Part shown: piece after piece, positions 62,560-64,000 of the stretch
Layout of the letters: every line of letters begins with the position of its first letter
How positions within the stretch are numbered: position 1 is the stretch's first letter
NCBI GenBank assembly: GCA_001179505.1
Contig: CDMY01000221.1
Location: 98,636-162,635 of the forward strand
Length of the DNA stretch: 64,000 bases
Reading direction: 5' to 3'
Origin: Vitrella brassicaformis CCMP3155
Lineage: Eukaryota; Protista; Chromerida
Notes under the pieces: model-generated
The model's input: only the letters and a program-made list of their open reading frames with translations
Database searches by the model: none
Told to the model about the DNA's origin: nothing
Position numbers and translations under genes: made by a program

Positions 62560-62919
62560 GGACAATCAGATATAAAACGTAGACAGCGATCATGTGCGCT
62601 GTGATCGCACATGGAACGAAAGTGAGGCTGACGTGTCTCCTCTTCTCTGGGGGGAGGTGGGGGAGCTGATGAGTCTTGAAATGGTCTCGTTGCCTCTCAA
62701 GACGTTCTCCCACTTCAGTCGTATCCGCCGCAGCTGAAAGATCCATCCATGCATCCACCCATTGCCCAACACAGCCATGGAGCAGACAGAGACACACGTC
62801 ACTAGTCGTTACCTAGCACTCCACATCCCGAACTGGGGGCGGATGCCTGTCTTCTTTCTCAAAGTAATCCTCGGGGTCGCTGGTGGGCTTGCCGCTGCAC
62901 AGACAAGGAGACACACACA

Positions 62920-62950
<31 letters not shown>

Positions 62951-64000
62951 CACACACACCACGGATTCAGGCAGGCTCATATGGGGGCAGCCGGCTCGGT
63001 TGTACTCGCTTCGTGGGCCCGTTGTCTGGGTAGTACACGACCATTGGGTACTTGAACGACCTGCAGGGGGAAAAGGAGAGCCGATGGATCATGTCTCTGT
63101 GCGTCGCGTCTGTGTGTGTGGACGTCCACCCGTCAGCCAGGGCCACAGGTGAGAAGTCCTCGCTCACTGACAACCAAGCACAGCGGATGTCGGTGTGTGG
63201 TTCTGTGAGGGCTGCATGGGTACCGTCGTACTGGCTGCCACGCTTCGTGTGCTGATCTTTGTCCAACACTGTGAGAAGAATGCTCCAGATGGGCGGGGAG
63301 GATGAAGGCGATCAACGTGAGCCTGGTCAGATAGGGGTCTCACGGTCCTTGGCTGTGGTGGACTGGTCCCCAGCCATGAAGAAGATCCGCATTCAACATC
63401 TGTCCCTCTCCGCCTGCGGCAGCTGGGCCCATCGCCGCAGGAGCCGCTCGTTGACGCCCTCGATCATCGTCTGGTCGATGAGCGCTAGGCCGTGTCTGTC
63501 CACAAACAAGTGGACTCTCTTCGTCAGGGGTCCATACTTTTCCAGCAGATCCACAGCAGCACACAATCCCATCGCCTGAAGGCGGATCTTGGCGGTCGCG
63601 ACCCAGGCTTCGGGCGGGTCGATAGTCTTGATGATGGCTTCATTGAGCTCATCGCGGGTGAGGAGCTTGTCGGGGTTTGTGAGCAGCACGTTGAACATGC
63701 CTCAGTGTGGTTGGATCCTTGAGTTCGCTCTTCTCAAAGAAGCTGTAGATGTGCTTTCGTAGGCGGCATGGGATGGATTTCTCCACGTTCGCTGCCGTCT
63801 CTGTCACAGCTGCTCTATTGAAGATCCTTGTCCGACTTACTAGTGTGTGGTACGTATCGATCGCAGAAAGAAGCCCCTCGAATATAAAATGTAGGCAACG
63901 ATGACCTGTTGAAAGAGACGTTGGAGACGCCTTTCGGTGTTTCGCTGAGGCTGAAAGATCCACCCTCCTACCCATTTGCCAACACATAGCCATGGAGCAG
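62560..64000. repeat. Diverged direct duplication (62560-62783 vs ~63860-64000)
   Basis: Both copies contain gctgaaagatcca...acccatt(t)gcc(c)aacaca(t)agccatggagcag, with upstream atataaaacgtagacagcgatc vs atataaaatgtaggcaacgatg. Confidence 0.7.
62967..63993 (-). CDS. 3' part of a hypothetical gene or gene relic extending beyond the window
   Basis: Coding-like ORFs 63649-63993, 63393-63698 and 62967-63269 lie in different frames. I could not resolve the junctions. Confidence 0.35.

Overview
Eukaryotic, intron-rich, GC-rich scaffold with three ~300-N gaps. Introns are packed with (CA)n/(GACA)n/(GGAT)n/(CAGT)n microsatellites. This, plus ApiAP2-like domains and a bipartite plastid-type leader, suggests a chromerid alga such as Vitrella (inference). 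Splicing exons by hand gives about 21 protein-coding genes in near-perfect strand alternation (19 of 20 neighbours switch strand, 9 head-to-head pairs). No rRNA, tRNA, CRISPR array or transposase was recognised. Highlights: (1) a single in-frame gene fusing an intact two-component receiver domain, a NEK kinase, a DEP domain and DUF547; (2) two putative chromatin enzymes each fused to an AP2-like DNA-binding domain (SET-PHD-Tudor-AP2-2xRanBP2-ZnF, and AP2/ERF-like plus LSD1/PAO-type amine oxidase head-to-head with a PHD-MRG gene); (3) a GCGAGCT motif in 8 of 9 divergent promoters; (4) a convergent pair of unrecognised secreted Cys-rich paralogues next to a PAN/apple-like protein. Other genes: NAA35, histidine acid phosphatase, FCP1, MFAP1, PH-GYF protein, ACR3, secreted class C serine hydrolase, FkbM methyltransferase, hnRNP-like protein. 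All gene models are manual and domain calls rest on motif recognition, with no database search.
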